Below the pieces are notes generated by a model. The model made no database searches. It was not told where the DNA came from and saw only the letters and a program-made list of their open reading frames with translations. From Pavona decussata (taxonomy: Eukaryota), in the NCBI GenBank assembly GCA_977016875.1, contig CDRNST010000002.1:2418001-2482000 (forward strand): a DNA stretch of 64,000 nt. The letters run 5' to 3'. Made by a program: the position numbers and the translations under genes. This document shows, in pieces, positions 63,901 to 64,000 of the stretch (position 1 is the first letter of the stretch; each line of letters starts with the position of its first letter).

Positions 63901-64000
63901 AAGAAACAATGGCGTATACATGTATCAATGCAATTCTACCAATAATTGCTATCATTAAAATGACTCAATGTTAGCCGAGTAAAAACAGTTTACAGCATTT

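Overview
AT-rich eukaryotic DNA with spliceosomal introns and one 433-N gap. The repeat content suggests a cnidarian, probably a stony coral, but this is inference. No ordinary host gene was recognised: the window is a nest of transposons. From left to right it holds: a degraded DNA-transposon remnant and a Penelope RT fragment; a DIRS/Ngaro-type tyrosine-recombinase retrotransposon on the minus strand (SGNH hydrolase, gag, RT/RNase H, YR), with an L1/Tx1 LINE inserted at the gag ATG and a palindromic TTAA MITE in the hydrolase; satellites, MITEs and a decayed multi-exon gene; and a minus-strand run of decayed genes (OTU-hAT, SWIM/Ulp1, vertnin-like OTU, EnSpm transposase, kinase). Two complete DNA transposons sit in that run. 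One is an apparently intact 10.1 kb Sola1 (32-bp perfect TIRs, ATTT TSD) carrying an open transposase plus a convergent five-exon BEN-domain gene. The other is an 8.2 kb Kolobok (TTAA TSD). The best candidates for something new are the two-gene Sola1-BEN element and the two-module Ngaro-like element. Family calls come from motif recognition by eye; no searches were run.
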